From Candidatus Moanibacter sp. (GTDB taxonomy: Bacteria; Verrucomicrobiota; Verrucomicrobiia; Opitutales; UBA2987): a DNA stretch of 30,603 nucleotides. The notes under the pieces are model-generated. The model made no database searches. It saw only the letters and a list, made by a program, of their open reading frames with translations, and had not been told where the DNA came from. Shown piece after piece: positions 28,414 through 30,603 of the stretch (its first letter is position 1; every line of letters starts with the position of its first letter). The position numbers and the translations under genes were made by a program. The stretch spans positions 1-30,603 of the forward strand of contig CBDCEW010000022.1 in NCBI GenBank assembly GCA_965215885.1. Direction: 5' to 3'.

Positions 28414-28737
28414 ATGATACGGAAAATGACACTTGATGATATTGAGGCCGTCGGTCAGATCTGGCTGACGGCCTCGATCAAAGCCCACGATTTCGTGCCA
28501 GCGGAGTTCTGGCGTTCGCAATTGAAGACAATTACGGACGAAATCCTCCCCGACCACGGCACGGAGGTGTATGTGCATGAGGAGACGAAGGTAGTCGACG
28601 GATTTGCCTCTCTGCATGGGAAAAGGATTGGAGGCCTTTTTGTCATTCCAGAGAAGCAACGGCAGGGTATAGGTGCTGCGCTGCTAAATCACGTGAAACA
28701 GCTCCAAGCGGAACTTGAACTCAGTGTCTATAAAAGG
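28414..28737 (+). pseudogene. GNAT (YiaC-like) truncated by ISL3
   Basis: IWLTASIKAHDFVP..FW, LFVIPEKQRQGIG, LELSVYK, then the IS end; the expected C-terminal N...FY...GF segment is missing. Confidence 0.8.
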
Positions 28738-29883
28738 GGGTCTACAGCAGAATCTGTGGGTGGGTAACGTCGCTTACAAGAGGAAATAGAGTCGGTGAGC
28801 ACAAGGAGAAGTCAGGGCGCTGCCCTGAATCCCGCTCCTCCACAGCCGGAGGGGCTGGTCGGTGTTTTCTTTGCATATGGGATTGAAAGGTTGAAGCACC
28901 GGGCCGTTCCGAGGATGAAAGTAGTACCGAAAATACATCCTGAACACGGAGGACCCAGTGCTCATCAAAACGCTACTGAATCGGTGCTATTGGCTCAAGA
29001 GCTTTGTTTACGCAAAGGCGAGTATGGAAATGGTGAAATCGGAGGAGGCGATTGTGGTGCAGATTGAGCCGCGCAAGAATAGTCGGGTGTGCTGTTCGGG
29101 GTGTGGCCGGACGGCCAGCGGCTACGACCACATGAGCGAGGCGAGGCATTTTGAATTTGTGCCCTTGTGGGGGATGAAGGTGTATTTTCGTTACCGCATG
29201 CGGCGGGTCAATTGCCGGCGGTGCGGGGTGAAGGTCGAAGAGGTGCCCTGGGCCAAGGGCAAGAGTCATCTGAGTTGGCCAATGCAATGGTTTCTGGCCC
29301 AGTGGGCGAGGCGCTTGAGCTGGGAAGAGACGGCAAGGGTTTTTCGCACGAACTGGCGCAACGTCTTCGAGTCGGTCGAGGCGATGGTGCGGTGGGGGCT
29401 CAAACGGCGCGATATGAGCGGGATTGAGGCGATCGGAGTCGATGAGGTGCAGTATCATCGAGGCCATCACTATCTCACCGTGGTCTACCAGCTTGACGAG
29501 GGGCGGCGGCGGCTATTGGGCGTATTCAATAAGCGCAACGTAAAATCGCTCTTGCGTTTTTTCTGGGAATTGGGAGCGCAAAAGAGCAGCCAGATCCTCT
29601 ACGTCTGCTCGGATCTGTGGAAGCCTTACCTCAAAGTGATCAAGAAAAAGGCACCCCAGGCGCTGCACATCCTCGATCGCTTCCACTTGGTAGCCAACCT
29701 GAACAAGGCCCTCAATGAGATTCGTGCTGCGGAAGCCAGGCGATTGCAACGGGACGGCTACATCAACGTGCTGGTCAAAAGCAAATACTGTTTCTTGAAA
29801 AATCCGCAAAATCTCACCCCCACCCAACAGATCCGCCTCAAGGAGGTGCTCCAATACGATCTGAAGAGCGTGCGGGCCTATCT
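28738..29883 (+). mobile_element. ISL3-family element (left part), interrupted by another IS
   Basis: Left end gggtctacagcagaatctgtgg; transposase from GTG 28958 with CSGC/CRRC zinc finger, IGVDE, CSDLWKPY, DRFHLV; similarity stops after KSVRAYL. Confidence 0.88.
28958..29883 (+). pseudogene. ISL3 transposase, interrupted
   Basis: GGAGG RBS; motifs as above; the ORF tail to 29947 comes from the inserted element. Confidence 0.85.
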
Positions 29884-30603
29884 AGACCTTATCCGAAAAG
29901 CTACTGATTGGCCGCAAAGAGGCGCAAAAGGCGCAAGAAAAACTTGAGAAAAATCATTTTTTGGCTTGATAAAAAGTGTCGCAACATGCTAGTGTTTAAC
30001 AACTTAAGATTAAGAAAGGAGTTAAACATGCCAACATGTGCGACAGAGGAGAACAAAAGCGATAAGACGCCCCTTAGCAACCTCATTCTGCCGGTTCCAG
30101 ACACGGATTTCCGTGATTTTCTGGATGAAGTTGAAGAATTGGCCGGGTTCGCGGCGCAAATCATCGAGGCGATCGAGAAGGATCTGGACGCCCATGCGCG
30201 TGAGAAGAAGAAACTTCGATTGGAAGATCGCAGGTTCTTTGAAGGGCGCACAGCGGAGCTGCCGGAGCTGGACATCGAGGAGGAGAATATTCTGGCTGCT
30301 GAATTGAATCTTGGGGCAGGCCGGCCGCGGATGCCGGCTTATGCGGTATACGTGTTCGTGATGATTCGAGGGTTTCTGGGTTCGTTGACCACGAAACCGG
30401 CACGGCGGTTTGTGCGCGAGTCGATGAGCTTGTACGGATTTTTGCAGAGCGGGGGACTGAGAATGCCGGCGGTGACGACGATTCTGGAGAACGTGAACCT
30501 GGTCAGCCATACGACCCGCGAGTTGATCTTTGATAAACAGATTGGGTTTATCCTCCAGGAGCAATGGGACGATTTCGGGAAGCTGACGATCGATAGCACC
30601 TCG
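29884..30603 (+). mobile_element. IS5/ISNCY-like element nested in ISL3, running off the window
   Basis: Abrupt junction at ctag (29882-29885), AT-rich leader, then a transposase-like ORF; exact end uncertain. Confidence 0.65.
30028..30603 (+). CDS. DDE transposase (IS5/ISNCY-like), 5' part; missing from the ORF track
   Basis: AAGGAG RBS and ATG 30028, open for 192 codons to the window end: MPTCATEENK...IEKDLD...GRPRMPA...TTILEN...LTIDSTS (DST is the likely first catalytic Asp). Confidence 0.75.
   Translation, partial: MPTCATEENKSDKTPLSNLILPVPDTDFRDFLDEVEELAGFAAQIIEAIEKDLDAHAREKKKLRLEDRRFFEGRTAELPELDIEEENILAAELNLGAGRPRMPAYAVYVFVMIRGFLGSLTTKPARRFVRESMSLYGFLQSGGLRMPAVTTILENVNLVSHTTRELIFDKQIGFILQEQWDDFGKLTIDSTS

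Overview
Bacterial accessory region (GC roughly mid-50s %). Scattered single-base frameshifts and several garbled stretches suggest a long-read or metagenomic assembly. It holds one housekeeping-type gene, a non-discriminating-type aspartyl-tRNA synthetase (aspS, 2350-4117, one frameshift). Around it is a mostly co-oriented run of small stand-alone genes: eight GNAT acetyltransferases or remnants, two ankyrin-repeat proteins sharing an N-terminal domain, two P-loop kinases, TPR, DUF899, metallophosphoesterase, SAM methyltransferases, serine hydrolases and toxin-antitoxin modules. Families of short repeats separate these genes. Five IS types are present: IS1380 (plus a garbled partial copy), IS66, ISAs1 with a DUF4338-like N-terminus, ISL3 and an IS5/ISNCY-like element nested in the ISL3. 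The standout observation is upstream of aspS: a promoter, an unannotated 27-codon leader peptide with 7 Asn codons, and mutually exclusive 1:2, 2:3 and 3:4 (terminator) helices. This is the layout of a ribosome-dependent transcription attenuator that would sense Asn-tRNA(Asn), the end product of the indirect pathway that begins with ND-AspRS. Secondary observations are a candidate shared leader RNA before both ankyrin genes, strand-polarised intergenic repeats, a 178-bp hairpin and repeated internal deletions that hollow out genes.
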